From Bilabrum cf. latius (lineage: Eukaryota): a stretch of DNA of 64,000 bases. A program made the translations under genes and the position numbers. Location of the stretch: positions 1,364,001-1,428,000 of the forward strand of contig OZ237740.1 of the NCBI GenBank assembly GCA_965178125.1, written 5' to 3'. The notes under the pieces were generated by a model, which was not told the DNA's origin, did no database searches, and saw only the letters and a program-made list of their open reading frames with translations. Positions 25,968-38,974 of this stretch are shown one piece after another (position 1 is the first letter of the stretch; every line of letters begins with the position of its first letter).

Positions 25968-28841
25968 ATGGACGACTCAGTCGCGGGAAAGTTATCTTCT
26001 GATGCCTTGGAGCGCGCAAACTATAGCCTAAAGCTCCGGGTGTATCACCTCGAGCAGAGGCTGCAGCAACGAGCATCTGCGGCCTCCGGCGATGAAGCTG
26101 CGTCTCAGGCCGAAACAGAGCTCGTAGAGCTCCGCGTGCTGATAGACGAGAAAAATTCTGAAATTGAAAGCAACAAGCAGCTGCTTGCAAAGGCCAGAGC
26201 TGCCATACACGCGCTTCGAGTGAGGCATTGATCCACTGAACCGACAGACTGCCGGCAAGACACTAGCAAGCGTTTCAGGCGCACACACCCGCCCTCTGCG
26301 CACCTCCAATTGATTTATTATGAGCAGAACGACGTGGGCTCGTCCCGACAGGCTGCTGGCCATCTCGAGGCGGAGTCCTCCGACCTTCGTTTGAAGCTGA
26401 GCTCCCTCCAGCAGGAGAACCAAGCTGCGACAGAGCAGCTTTGCACGCATCGCCAAGGAATTGCCGCGGTGCTGGCCGAAGTATCTGCCCTTGAGTCGCA
26501 GCTTGGAATTCCATCGCCCGCAGCGGCGGCAGGGTCCGACGAAGCCAGCCGTGCCGATGCCGAGCTCGCCGCAGCCTCGGCCCCGGGAGCCTCGCAGCGC
26601 AGAGAGGGGATTCCGGGGCGGCTGCGATCGCTTCGAAACCAGTGGGACCAGAAACTTCAGCTGCTGTCTCGCCTTGAATCCGAGAAGGAGGCAGCAGATG
26701 CCGCGTCGGCACGGGCGCGCCAGGAGGCCGCCTCGGCACGGGAGGAGGCCGCGCTGCTGCGTGGCGAGAGGCAGCGGCTGGGGGCCTCCGCGGATGAGGA
26801 GCTGCGATCTGCGGTGGAGCGGCTGCGTAGGCTGGAGCGGCACGCGCGAGAGCAGGACGAGGAGGCGCGTGGCCTGCGGGAGCAGCTCGCGCGGGAGCAG
26901 CAGGCGAGGGGAGCGGCCGAGGACACGGCGAGGAGGCTCGAGCAGTTGGCCGGTCGGGCAGAGGACGGGGTGGCCAGCGAGCGAAGGGCGGCAGAGACGG
27001 CGGCCCAGTCGCTTGAAGAGGCCCGGAGGGTGTGGGAGGCCTCTGACAGGGAGCTCAGGGAACAACTGGAGGGCGAGCGGCGGCGGGTGAGCGAGCTGGA
27101 GGAGAGGCTGGAGGGGGTCCGCAGCAGAGGGACGCAGGCGGAGGAGACGGTGGAATCCACGCGGGAGAAACTCCGGGCCGCAGAGGAGGCCTGGGCGGAG
27201 GCGGCGGCTGCGCGAGGGGAGGCCTAGGCGGACCTGGAGACGGCGAGGTCTAGGGCGAGGCAGGCCGCTGCAGACGCGCTGGCAGCGAGGCAGCACGCGC
27301 GCGGCATCGCGGGGGCGGCGGGGGAGACCATCCGCACGGCGCGAGGGGCGCTGCGGAGGTACCGCTTCCATCTTCGGGAGAAGCTGGCTGGTCTGCTGCC
27401 CCGGGAGGCGGATGACTGGGCGGGGTAGGCGGGGGCGCGGGCGGCAGAAGACACCAGGAGGCTGGTGTACGCCAGGGCGCGGGAAGCGGCGGGGCCCGGG
27501 GACCCTGAGGGCACGGGGGTGCGACTTGGGGACGTGCTGTCCAAGCGAAGGTCGGCCGAGAGGAGCCACACGGATGGTGGGGGTGGGTACGACGTTGACG
27601 CAGACCGCGTGCAGCCCGAGTACGACCCCGGCGTGGCAGGGGGGCTGCTTCTGGGACCCGGTGGCGGGCGTGCGGGTGCCAGCGCGGCAGACGGTCCTCT
27701 GGGCAACTGGGCCGAGAGCCCGAACGTGCTCGTGAGCGTGTCCGATCTGGTGCACGCGAGCGCGGCCCTTAGGCAGGAGGAGGCGGAGGACGAGGTGTGG
27801 CTGGATACACTGGCGCAGGTGCCTGCCGTGAAGGCGTGGTTCTAGTCGCAGGCCGAGGCAGCGGTGGCTGCGGCGCGGCAGGAGTCTGGTCGCCAGCGGC
27901 AGCAGCTGGCGCGGCTCGAGGACAAGCTTGCCGACGCGGAGCGCAGGGTCGGGCCTGCGGTGGATGCGGCACGGCGGGACGGCATCAGCAGCGCCGGACT
28001 CAAGGTCCGTGTGGCTCAGCTGCAGGAGCGCGCGACGGCAGCGGAGCGGAAGGTGGGGGAGTTGTCGAGCCGGTGCAGGGACCAGGAGGAGCGGGCGGGT
28101 CATGCGGAAGGCAGAGCAAGAGACCTTGACGATCAGCTAGACCGCACTTCCAGAGAGCTCCGGGAGAAGCAGGCGGCGCTCAAGGCGGCCTCCAGGGCAC
28201 ACTTGTCCATCGCGGAGGCCGCGGAGAGCGCGCAGCTGGACGATGAGTACCCGTCGCGAGGGGCAGGTGGAGTCGGTGGGGGCTCCATGGCCGGGCGGTG
28301 GGGAGGGGGTGGCAGCTACGGGCAGGAGAGCAAGTCGAGCGATGCTGGAGGCGTGGTGTTTGGCGGACAGGAGGGAGCCTCGCGTGTGAGCCGACACTGG
28401 GGGCAGGACGAAGACGAGGAGGATTCCTACGGCCGACGGGCAGTCGTGGATGCGGGCCAGGCGGGGCAGTACGGAAACGGACTTGGGTACGGTCAGCACG
28501 GTGGTGGCTCGCAGTCAGGACGGGTCGGGGAAAGGGTGCGACAGCAGGTAAGAGAAGCCGTGGATCAGCGCCTCTCACAGTCCTCCTCTCACATGGGTCT
28601 GCCGCCGCGGGGCAGAAGAGACGACGCATACCCGCAGCGAGTGCAGGCAGTCCCACCTCCAAGCGCTTACGGGACCCCGTCTGGGCTTCCTAGTTTGGCT
28701 GCATCAGGTCGGTCCTTCCACCGGTCTGCAGGGGCCTACAGCAAAGGCGGGGGAGGGTTTGCGCGCACCCCAGTGGGTGCCTAGCTTGAGCACCTTGCTC
28801 AGTCCTTGGAATCGATGGGCACTGGAGTCAGGAGACTGTGA
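25968..28841 (+). CDS. Centrosomin motif 1 (CM1/Cnn_1N) coiled-coil protein, gamma-tubulin-complex receptor-like; intron 26220-26327; start uncertain
   Basis: 'LERANYSLKLRVYHLEQRL' matches CM1 (ENFxLKLRIYFLEE). Phase-0 GTGAG...GCAG intron. Long heptad coiled coil read through four TAGs to TGA at 28839-28841. Confidence 0.75.
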
Positions 28842-28942
28842 TTGAAAAGCGAGTTTCTGAAATATAGGGCTGGTATCCCCCGGATATAGAGTCTTTGTCG
28901 CGACGATGTACTCGCATTAGTACGGACATTTAGCTGTTGCAC

Positions 28943-31900
28943 TCACTAGCCACCTTGCTGCTAATTCAACCCCGCAAAGAATGGGTTGTAGCTTGTATTG
29001 CCCGACGCCTACCTTTGGCGCCTGATCCTAGCTCGCTCGGCAGTCTACGTCCTTGATGCCCTGGCAACTGCCTCTTGCCGGTGCCTTCTTGCCGCCTGTG
29101 CCTGCCGACTCCGCACCACGGTCGATCTCCCGTGCCGCGGTGCATCGCTCTCCTCCGCCTCTGCAGTAGCACCTGCTGACCCTGGACCCGAGCCAAGGGA
29201 CCGGGACGACGTGGCATGCCTCCTCATCCACGCAGCCCGCCTGTCTGCACCCCCGTCTCTGGACCCAGACGCAGATTCTCGCCTGGAGATGGCATCCAGC
29301 ACCTCACTCTCGTCTACAAGTCGACCATCCGGGAGCCGCACCAGCAGCCCTCCCGAGTCGCTGGCTCTTGACCCGCCCTCCGCTGGCGAGTTCTCGCTGG
29401 ACTGCGTCACACAGTCCTGCCGGGCCTCCGCGTCGACCGCAGGAGATTTGCTCTCCTCTTCTGCCTCGTGCCGCCGAAGCCCACCAGCAGCCTCCCGCCT
29501 CACCCAGTGCCCCTGGTCAGCGGGGCGTCCTTGGCCGTGGCTGTCCGTCCTGTGCGGTCCCTCCCCCTCCTGCCCGTGCTGCGACGGCACAGAGCTCTCT
29601 GCCAGGGAGACATCGCCGAGCTGAACGAGCCCGCCGAGGACGTGGCTCTCCGACCCGAGTGACGAGTGGGCCTCCACCACCGCGGGATTGCCCTGGCGTA
29701 AGCTGCTCACGCGCACCAGGCCCCCATCCCTGTGGCCCCGCCTCTCACTGCTGCCCTCCTGCCGCCCTTCGCTCTCATCATCCCCACCCTCTGACCCGCG
29801 CGAGTGCGTCTCAATGACCCTCACTTCCCCCCGCAGATCCAGCTCCTCCTCGGAGCTGTCGTCCACGTGCACCGTGCCCTGCTCGTGCAGCAGACGAGCA
29901 ATCGCTACGTCTGTGTCCGTCATCTCCGGGTCGCCATCAACGGGCGAGGTGCGGTCCATGTGCGGGGGAGGTGGCGTGCGACTCAAGAGCCCCTGCTCCC
30001 TCGCATGTACTGCCCGGGCCCTCCCGCCTCCAGCGATGCCGCCTGGCAGGTCACTCAGCACGCGGACTTGGCCTTTGCTGCTGCCCGCAGGCTCGGACCC
30101 GCGGCGCTTGTGCGGCTTTGAGGCCCCTGATCGTGCCCGGTTGTCCGAGATTGCATGTATCGCGCCAGCAGCCTGCGGGGCGCTGGAGACAGCGGGTCTG
30201 GGGGGACCCACGCGAGCCACTCCCGTGCCTTGCCCAGACTGATCGCCCCGCGCGCTGTCCGAGCCGAATTGCAAACGAGACCCCCGTCTTGCTGGACTGC
30301 GGCCGCCTATGCTGTTGGGAGTCTGCCCTTGGCAAGACGGGTCCTGCAGAGCCGATGAGCTGCCCCTGCCAGACGCGCTGTCGCTCGTTTGCCGGAATGC
30401 AGATGGGTGTCCCAGTCCGCCATCGCTGAGGCTGTGTGCGGGTGAAGCCAACATTGCCCCGCTCCCCGGTGCCGCGTGCTCGGCCGTCATGGCCTCTGTC
30501 GCCGTGTTCTCATCAGAAGCCTCTGAGAGCGCAGGGGGCACGTGCACCCCGCTGCCATGGGTGGGAACACGCTGCAGGGGACGCAGGTCTAGGCGAGGCA
30601 CTTGGTCTGGAGGGCCGTGCTGCTCGTGCTGCTGCTGCTCCATGGCGCGAGACCCTAACCCCTAACTAGACCCAAACTGATCCACATCGGTTGCTCCAAA
30701 TGCACCTTCCGAAGATATCGCCGGATCTGTCGGAGGGGTGTCGCGCTGGCCCAGGCGGTGTTCGCTTGGGGAGAACCCAAAGGACTGCTGGTACGGTTTA
30801 CCCCCTTCGAACTCATGCTGCTCATGCACGTGATGACCGTGGTGGCGATGTCGGTGGTGGCGTCCCTGGGCACGGGTCCTGGCTGGAGCCTCGCCATTGC
30901 GAGCCTCCTCACTCACGTGTTGCTTGCCGCACAGAACGAACAGCCTGTCCTTCTTGTGCAGGCGAAGGGTGGGCGATGGGTTGGTGACCACGTACGGCAT
31001 GGGCGAGCCGAGGGCTTCCTTGGAGCGGTAGATGGCCAGCGGCATGATGGCGTGTCTCGTCACCAGGAATGCCAGGAGAGAGTGGTAGCGCCTGCCGTGG
31101 AAGCTGTCGGGGACCTGAAGCTGTCTCAGCAAGTCGTGCTGCTTGTATTGCCACGGGTGCACCTTGAGGCGAGCAGGTGGCCCGGCGGGCTCAGGCTCCT
31201 TCAGTCCTACCCCCCCAGGCACTTCTCCCGCAGCTTCTGAAGCAATTCCAACGGGAGCAGGCGAGCTCGCGTGGCTGGTGTACGCGTCCCCGGCCAAAGG
31301 AGTGCCGCTTGTCTCCTAGCCAGCTGCGCTTTGAGCTCGCAGCGATTCCCGATCACCGTTCAAAACACTCCCACCTGGTGCCCCACGGGGCCTCGCATCG
31401 TCACCGCCTCTATCTAATCGCGCCAGCATCCAGGTTTCCTCCTCGTCCATGGCAGGGAGTAGCTGCTCTGGTCCACGTAGACTCCAGTCCTCAGCCAACC
31501 CCCGGGCATGCTGCGGCCCCTCGCCCGTGGCTTGTGCTCTCTCTGCCTCCAGCGCACCGGCCATATCGTGAAATCCCGACTCCCGCAGCAGCGCGATCTT
31601 GCACCGGAACATATCAGCTTCGTGCTCCCGCCGGGCCCTCCGTTCAGCCTGCACGCGAGTCAGGTGGTCCCACATGATCGGTTGGTGCGCACGCCTGCCC
31701 GCAGCCCCCGCAATGAGCTGCGTGAGGATGCGCAGCAGAAGTGGATTGAAGTACAGCTGACACAGCAGAGAATCAAGCGTGCTGCCCAGGTACACCGTGC
31801 CAGAGGCAAACTACGGCTGCATGCGCGGAGGCAGTGCCTGTCGGCGGGCGAGATCGTCGCCGAACAGCACCAGGGCGGGATTGGCGTACGGATTGCCCAT

Positions 31901-34900
31901 GCCCGCCTCATCTTGAGAGGCAAGCAGCCGCTGCTTGAAGTTCTCCTGGGCCTGCATCTCCTTTGTGTCGGCTCCTTGCGCTTCGTCGTGGTTCTGCAGC
32001 TCGGTGGCACGTGCCCTCAGGGCGGCGGCTCGCACGGCGGCTTGTCTCCGGACCACGTCGGGGTGCTGAATGGTGCTGGCAAGGAAGCGCACGTTCGAGT
32101 CCTGTAGCAGCTCCACCACGAGACGAGGACCCACGTGTTCCTGCGGCCGCAGATAGCCGGGAAGGTGCTGCAGTCGCTCAGCAAGAGGCAACGCGTCCGT
32201 GTTGTTCTACCCAGGCAGCTGCATCCCAGACGCGCCCCGTACGCCCCGCTCCAGTTCCATGGCGACCTGTTCCGCCGCAAGGCTGTCCTCCGAGTGCTGC
32301 CGGCGCGTCGGACGGCCGCGTTTCGGAGCGTTGAGGCCGTGCTAGTTGCGCAACCGCGCTGCAGCTCTCTGGGGGCCAATCACCTTGGCCAGTCTGTTCT
32401 GTTGCTGCCTCATTTTGGCCAACCGCAGCTCTCTTCGACGGTTGCGGGTCAGCACCGTGCACGCGGTGAATATCGCAGACAGGTCTGCCCAGGCCTGCGC
32501 CGTGCCTTGCTGATTCTCGCCACCTGAAGAGGCCACCATGCCTTGCAAAAGGGCGGGGTCCAAGTCGTTGAAGCCAAAGGGGGATGCCCCGCTTGCGCTC
32601 GACAGCACGACCACCACGCTCGCGAACGGCAGGCCAGCCCGGAGGAGATCGTCAGGCCTCAGGGGGGACCCGTCGATGAGGTACAGACCCTTGTACCTTC
32701 GGCACGTGCGGTCCCAGTCGCCCGCCGCTGGGGTGCCTGTTCCAACCGCCACGAACTGGGCCGGGCTCAGCACCACGATGTCTTGCTGGGAGGCCTGTCG
32801 CAGCGGTGTGACGAGCTCCATGAGGCCCATGAGGTCTCCGGTGATGATGATCTGGCCCTTGACCCCAGCGGGACAGCGGTACCTGGGCTCCGGGTCCGAC
32901 ATGTACTCGCTCTCGTCGTCGTCATCATCCTCGTCCTCTGCACCGCCCTGGCTCAACCCACCCCCAGCAAGCACCTCCCCATGCGGTTGGCTTGAAGTGC
33001 CGTCCGTGTGATGCTAGCTAAGATACTCCTGCTAGCGCTGGCTGTGGTGCTGCTCCATCCAATCGTCCAAACTGACCACCCCAGGGCCGGCTGGGTCTGC
33101 ACTAGCCTGCTCACCCCCGCTTGCCTCATTCAAGGGCTGGGACTAAGCTGGCTGGCTATCCGCCGACTAGGCTACGTGTTCCTGCTCGCCTTCATGCAGC
33201 AGATCCGACACCCTCGTCTGTACCGGAGGACGACCTAGCTAGCCCTGCACGTGGGCACGAGTGATCTCAGCGCTCCGTGCTCGAGGCACCGCCCGCGTGC
33301 GACCAACCGCGACCCCACTGACTGTAGCAGCTGCGCCAGCAGGCCCACCAGTAAGCCGAGGGCCTCGCATTTCCGGAGACGTGGCCTGCTTTGATGGCCT
33401 CAGAGCCTGCGCTGTGGGCGCGGCGCGCAGCAGCTTCTATCGCAAGATTCCAGCCGGCCGGAAGCGGCGCTTGGGCCCCGACGACGACACGGGCGGAAAA
33501 CTTGGTACCCACACCCTGTGCCGGCTCGTCGTTGTTTGCAGCCCGTCGCCGGGGTGAGCCGTGGCATGCTCGAGTGCGTGCTGCTCGTGTACGCCAGACT
33601 CTCTCCCGCTCGCGGCATACTTGGCCGAGGATATCTCGACTGAGCCGGACCGGGGCCTACCGGTGGGCGCCCCGGCTTTGCCCGACCTGGACTTGCGGTG
33701 GGACTGGACCCTGACCCCGGAGGCGGCAAGGTGTGAGTGCACGCCCATGATGCTGGCAGCGTTGCCGAGAAGGCTGCCACCGTGCCCAAACACATCATCG
33801 TCGTCTCCCGAGGACGATGATGCGCTCGAGGCGTCCTGTTTGCCTTCGGGCGCGAGTCGCCTGGAATGGCTCCTGCTTGTCATGCTCCGGCGGCTGCCGG
33901 TTCTCGAGCTTCGTGAGTCGCTGCGGAGCCCGAGGGCAGACAGGCGAGAGGACTTCCGACGCAACACCGGGCCATGGCCTCGGACCGATTTCGGGCTGTC
34001 AGAAGCAGTCGTTGGTAGCACTCTCATGCTCTTGGCCGGCGTGGGGCGGCCCTTGTTGGCCGCCGACCCGCGATTCGGATTCGTCCATCTGTCCCTGCCA
34101 CCCGCCTTTGGCCCGGACTGGCCTCCCATCGCTGGGGCAGAGGACTTGCTGCGCTACACGAGGCTATCTTCCTCCGAGCTGGAGTCGGACAACCCATGCA
34201 TCCTGCGCTCGTCCATGACCTCGAGGTAGTGCCCGTCGTTGTCGTCCGAGGACTGCCCCAGCACGCGCAGGGACTGCACGCCGTGCTTGGACACCTTGGC
34301 CGCCTGGTCGGCATCATCTGCCAGCACGATCGCTCGATCGTTCGCTCGGAAGAAGTACTGTTGCGGAAACATGAGGAGCATGGTCTCGGGTGCCACAGAC
34401 GCGCCCCACTGCCCCTGAGCTTCCTTCTCCCCGAGGCGATCTGCCACGCGCTCCCGTTCCCGTCTCGCGTCCGAGTCTTCCTCGGCCCCGCTCGCGCCAT
34501 CCGCGGTGCCAATGTCACCCTGTGCCGCGGTCTGAGCCCCCTGAGCTCTCCCTTTCAGGTGCCGAGGCACCTTGCCCATGCTCCTGCCAGTGCCAGGCAC
34601 CTGGTCCACCACACCAGCGGTAGCCTCGATGAACTGGGTCCTGGACTTGGCAGATCCCAGCAGGGTGCGCACGAGCGGGTGCGAGCCATCCTGGGACTCC
34701 TCAGTCGGGGCAGCGGCGACCGCCGCCCCCTGCTCCCGAGCAGCCAGCGCCTCCCTTGCGCTCGGCAGGGCGTCGCGCTCGTCCAGGCGTTCCATGGCTT
34801 GCAGCAGCACCCGATTCTCACGTGATAGAACTGCGGGCCGGCTCGCGCCAGGATCCACTACCCCGGCATACGACTGCCCCCTGCCCGCTGTGAAGGTCTG

Positions 34901-37900
34901 TGCCCTGCGCATGCCCCGCAAGGAAGCTCCCTTGGCTGATCGGCTGCGAGCACCTCCGTCCCGCGCCGTGTGCATGCCCGGCGACGACTGCTTGGAAATA
35001 GCGACTGCTCCAGAGGCAGAGGCAGAACGCGATTCCTTGTCGTTTTCTCGCGGCGCATGGAATGACTTCGAGCTGCGCATGCCGCCAGACCCGGGCATGC
35101 TGGCCTGGGCAGCCAGGAGCGCTTTCTGCCTTCGACTGCTCCCGGCTGCAGTCTTGTCCTCTCGGCCCCGCTGGCTCTGCTTCTCGTCGAGCAACGCCAG
35201 CGCATCCGCCAGAGTACGCCTGCGCCCAGACCGCGCCCTGGTGCCTGCACCTCCTTCCGACTGCGCTGGAGAGCCCACTTTGGTGGCGTTGCCAGTGTAC
35301 GCCGCCACCACTTTGGCTCTCTTCTACAGGCGGGCCAGCAGCTGCTCTTTCTCGCCAGACGTGAGGTCGTGTTGATGACTCTATCGGCTCTGCCTACTCT
35401 TGGCCCCGCTGCGGCGAGACCCCCGAGAGCCTCTCGATGCAATGGATCTGCTGCTGTCGCTCGCCAGTCGTCGCCTGGTCCCGACCGAGGTCGACCTGCG
35501 CACTATCCCTGTGGACGGGCTCTGTGCGCGACTACGAGTCGACTTGGCATACGCATTCGCGCTGGGCTGCGTCTGGCTCCGGGACCTCCGATCATCGTCG
35601 TGCTTGCTCGACTGGTCGCCCGCGACAGAGTCACTTGCTGGCTCGCCAGCTCCCACTGCGGATGCTTGTTCGCCAGACTCCTTCGCGACTCTGGCGGCCT
35701 CCATCGCAGCACGAGCGGCATCTGCCCCCCCAAGCATGGCCTCTACCGAGGACCGCCGATTCTTGCGCCGCTGGCCGGCCGCACTGCTGTCAACTGCGAC
35801 GGCATCCTCTGCAGAGCCCCGCTGCGAGCCAGCATCGCGCGAGATTGAACTCCGTCTCGCTGCGCGGAGCTGTTTGTGCTGCTTATGGTGCCGCCTGCCG
35901 CACCCGTGTTCGGAGTCTGCATCGGACGAGTCGGTTTCGCTGCCAGCATCCCCGCCCTCATGCCGGCGCTGGAACGCGCCTCCCACCGCCCGCATTGCGT
36001 CCGGGTCTCGGTTCACCAGCGCGGCGGCACGAGGAGAGGGCAGGTGGCTCTGCAGCTGACGGGCTGCCTCCTGTACATCTCCCGCCAGCACGGCATCGGC
36101 CGCTAGGCGCAGGCTGCGATCCTCCTTCGACTCGCCCCCGATGGCCGCAGACGTGATCTCGGTGTCTACCTTGCCCCTGCCTCTCGACCAGGAGGGGTGG
36201 TGCCACTGCCGCTGGGTCTCAACAGCAAACAATGTGACCCCGTACAGCCGGTTCATTAGCGCGGCCACCTCAGGAAACGGCCTAGATGCCAGCGCGGGGG
36301 AAAGAGGCACGGCGTACACCTCCTGTCGCATGCCAGAGCAGTACTCGGTGCGCCACGCGCGTCCCTACCGCCTTGCCTGCTCGCGAGTGATGCGCAGCCC
36401 CGCCAGCTTCTCCCCGAAACCCCACCGCTTCCACCTGCCTGCGTCCGGCCCAAGCCCCGCCTCTGCCACCATGGCCTCGGTCTCGTCGTCAACAGCCTCC
36501 CCGTCCCTCAGCTTGGCGCCGGCAGACGCGAGAATCTTGTCCTGCTCTTTGTCTCCGAACGAGCTCACCAGGTTTGCGATGAACGTGCTCATGCCGGGGT
36601 GCAGGCAGGACATGGCCAGCACGGACATGCGGAGGGCCTGCTGGCACACCACCAAATCGGCACTAGCCCAGGAATTGCGGGCCACGGACTCGCGGCGCAG
36701 CAGCTGCAGCAGGACAGGGACCCGCGGCGAAGCATCCCGCACCGCTCGGGCCACAAGCAGTGCAGCGGCATCTGCGGCAAACGCGGCCTCGTCCGAAGTG
36801 TCCCTGCGCATGGAGGTGAACACGAAGACCGCCTCCGCGGTGGACACGGCCACCCGGGCGAGGTCGCTCCTCTGCAGCGGCGAGCCGAGGACGTACTGCA
36901 GCTTGTTCTCGTAGGCCGCCGAGTCCAGCATGGAGAGCCACTCCTCCGAGGGGTGGCTGGGCAGCAGGAACACCACCTTGCGGCGGGTCTCCTCGCCGTG
37001 GTCGGGGTGGAAGAACTCCGCCAGGAAGCGCCCGGCGGACGCGGCCGTGACGTCACCGCATATGATGATGTGTCCATCCGCGCCTCGGTTGAAGGCAGCC
37101 GCGAACGGCGAGTGCCTTGACATGAGTGCCGTGAGCTTGCTCGTCTCGCGTGGCACTGCGGGTAGGAGTGGTGGCGGGGGTACAAAGAAACGGACCAGTT
37201 AGGCAGCGGTTGACCGCAGGTCGGAACACGCACGCATAAACAGAGGCCGGGAGCCATCGCTGTTGCGATAGAAGGCTGTACGGCTCACCGACGATCAGCA
37301 GGACCACGAGGATGGCCACAATGAGTCCCCGCGACAAATCCGTGAGGGGGGAAATGTCTCCGAATCCGACGGTACTAACCTGCAACGGCAGTCGAAACAA
37401 AGTAAAGTGCATTGCACGAGCTAAAGTCAAGCTGGCAGGCGCGCGCAATGAAGCCTTTGCGGCACAGGGCAGGTCTCACGGTAACAAACACGGCGTACAG
37501 CCCCGTGAGGAAACTGAACCTGCACTCCGGGGGCCACAGGTGCTGGGGAATGCCCTCCGTCCTGAACGTTTCCATGTCGCAGGCATAGTCGTCCCTGGCT
37601 GCGTCCGAGAAGCTGCCAGGCACTGAGGTCTCCAGGGTCACCACGATCCCGCTCGCGATGAAAAGGACGGACAGAATGGACACGCCCAGGTACACGGACT
37701 GCCGCAGGATGGTGTTCTCGATGGCAGCCGGGCCCCCGCTGTCCTCCGACTTGACGTCTGCGATGGCCCGGTAGGACCTCAGGATTCGGACGGTGCGGAG
37801 GGCGCGGAGGATGCGGAGGAAACCAAATTGCACGGAGGAAACCACCAGCGTGATGACCGGCAGGATGCTCATGACGTCCACGATCGAGTGCCACCGCAGC

Positions 37901-38499
37901 ACGAACTCGAGACGGTCCTCTGCCGCAAAGAGACGCACCAGGTAGTCCAGGATGAACACGCTGCTGATCATCCAGTCAAGCACAGTCACCCAGAGAGGCA
38001 CCTGCGGAAGAGCGGCCTCATACTCCAAGGTCACTACGTACAGAACGCAGGCCAGCAAGCTGAGCCCAGCCTGGACCATATCGAGCGAGTACACGAAGCC
38101 TGTGTCTCGCAGCAGCCGCTGCAGGTATCGCCTGAGCAGGGTCAGCGGAGACATCTGCGGGCCATCGTCCGGTCGCATGGCCTCAAGAACCTAATTTCGC
38201 AGCACGATTGAAGCTTTCCCCGGTTCTGCTGCGTTTACGCCTCCCAACTGGTGCTGCTACCGCTGCTCTCTTCGCTTCTTTCGCCGGAGTTTCCGCTTCC
38301 GCTTTCGCTCAGCCCGCTCTTGAATCTTTCTAGCCCGTTCAATATCAATGTCATCCTGTGGTTCCGGCTGTGCAGAGTCGTGGGCATGTCGGTGGCCACC
38401 GTGCGTCGCCGCATTGCTGGATTGCTCCGTCCTAGATCCGTGATTGCCCCCCTCAGAGTCGACGGCGTGCTGCTGCTCGCTTGCCATAGCAAGTGCCAT
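28943..38499 (-). CDS. BK/Slo-type potassium channel (6TM plus two RCK domains) with very large low-complexity insertions, ~3100 aa; introns 37380-37479 and 37156-37288
   Basis: S4 'FLRILRALRTVRILR'; pore 'FVT|VSTVGFGDISP'; RCK1 'HIIICG..EFFHPDH..YVLGSPL..DLARV'; 'WRTEYCSGMRQEVY'; RCK2 'GSPLRPDDLLRAG', 'FASGTVYLGSTLDSLLCQLYFNP', 'YVVTNPSP..DRLFVL'. About 21 in-frame TAGs, and TGA at 28943-28945. Confidence 0.85.
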
Positions 38500-38974
38500 T
38501 GATAAAGCATCTGCATTTAATGGAGCGGCACCAATTGGACTGGAGGATTGCAAGTACGCTAGCGAACTGCGAGCCGATGGTCGCTCTATGTAGTTATAAA
38601 AGTCTTACCCCCCTAACGCCTCCCAGCCCCCCTCCGGGCCGCTACCCGCAATGCCATAGTGTAATTAAGAGTGCTTCTTGGCGTTCAAGCCGCAAAGCAG
38701 CGGATGCCTCGGCAATGAGAGGCAAAGTTGAAATCGATGGTTGCGACCGCGGCGTGCGACCACACAGAGCTCGCACAGAAGCCTGGGCTCGACATGTTTC
38801 ACCGTTTGTTGCGGCGACAAGAAAGCACTCAAAAGGTTTAGATTCACGCCAAACAAGCGTGCGCGTTGCTGCCATACCGAAAGGGCGGCCACGCGCCAGA
38901 ACGCACGGCGACACGGGGCACTAGGAACTTGGGAGGCTCCACCAGTGCAGGTGCTGCTCCATTTTGGGCGCACA

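Noticed and set aside
30653-30665. Two CCCTAA telomere-like units
   Set aside because: Only two, out of register, and inside the K+ channel reading frame, so probably chance.
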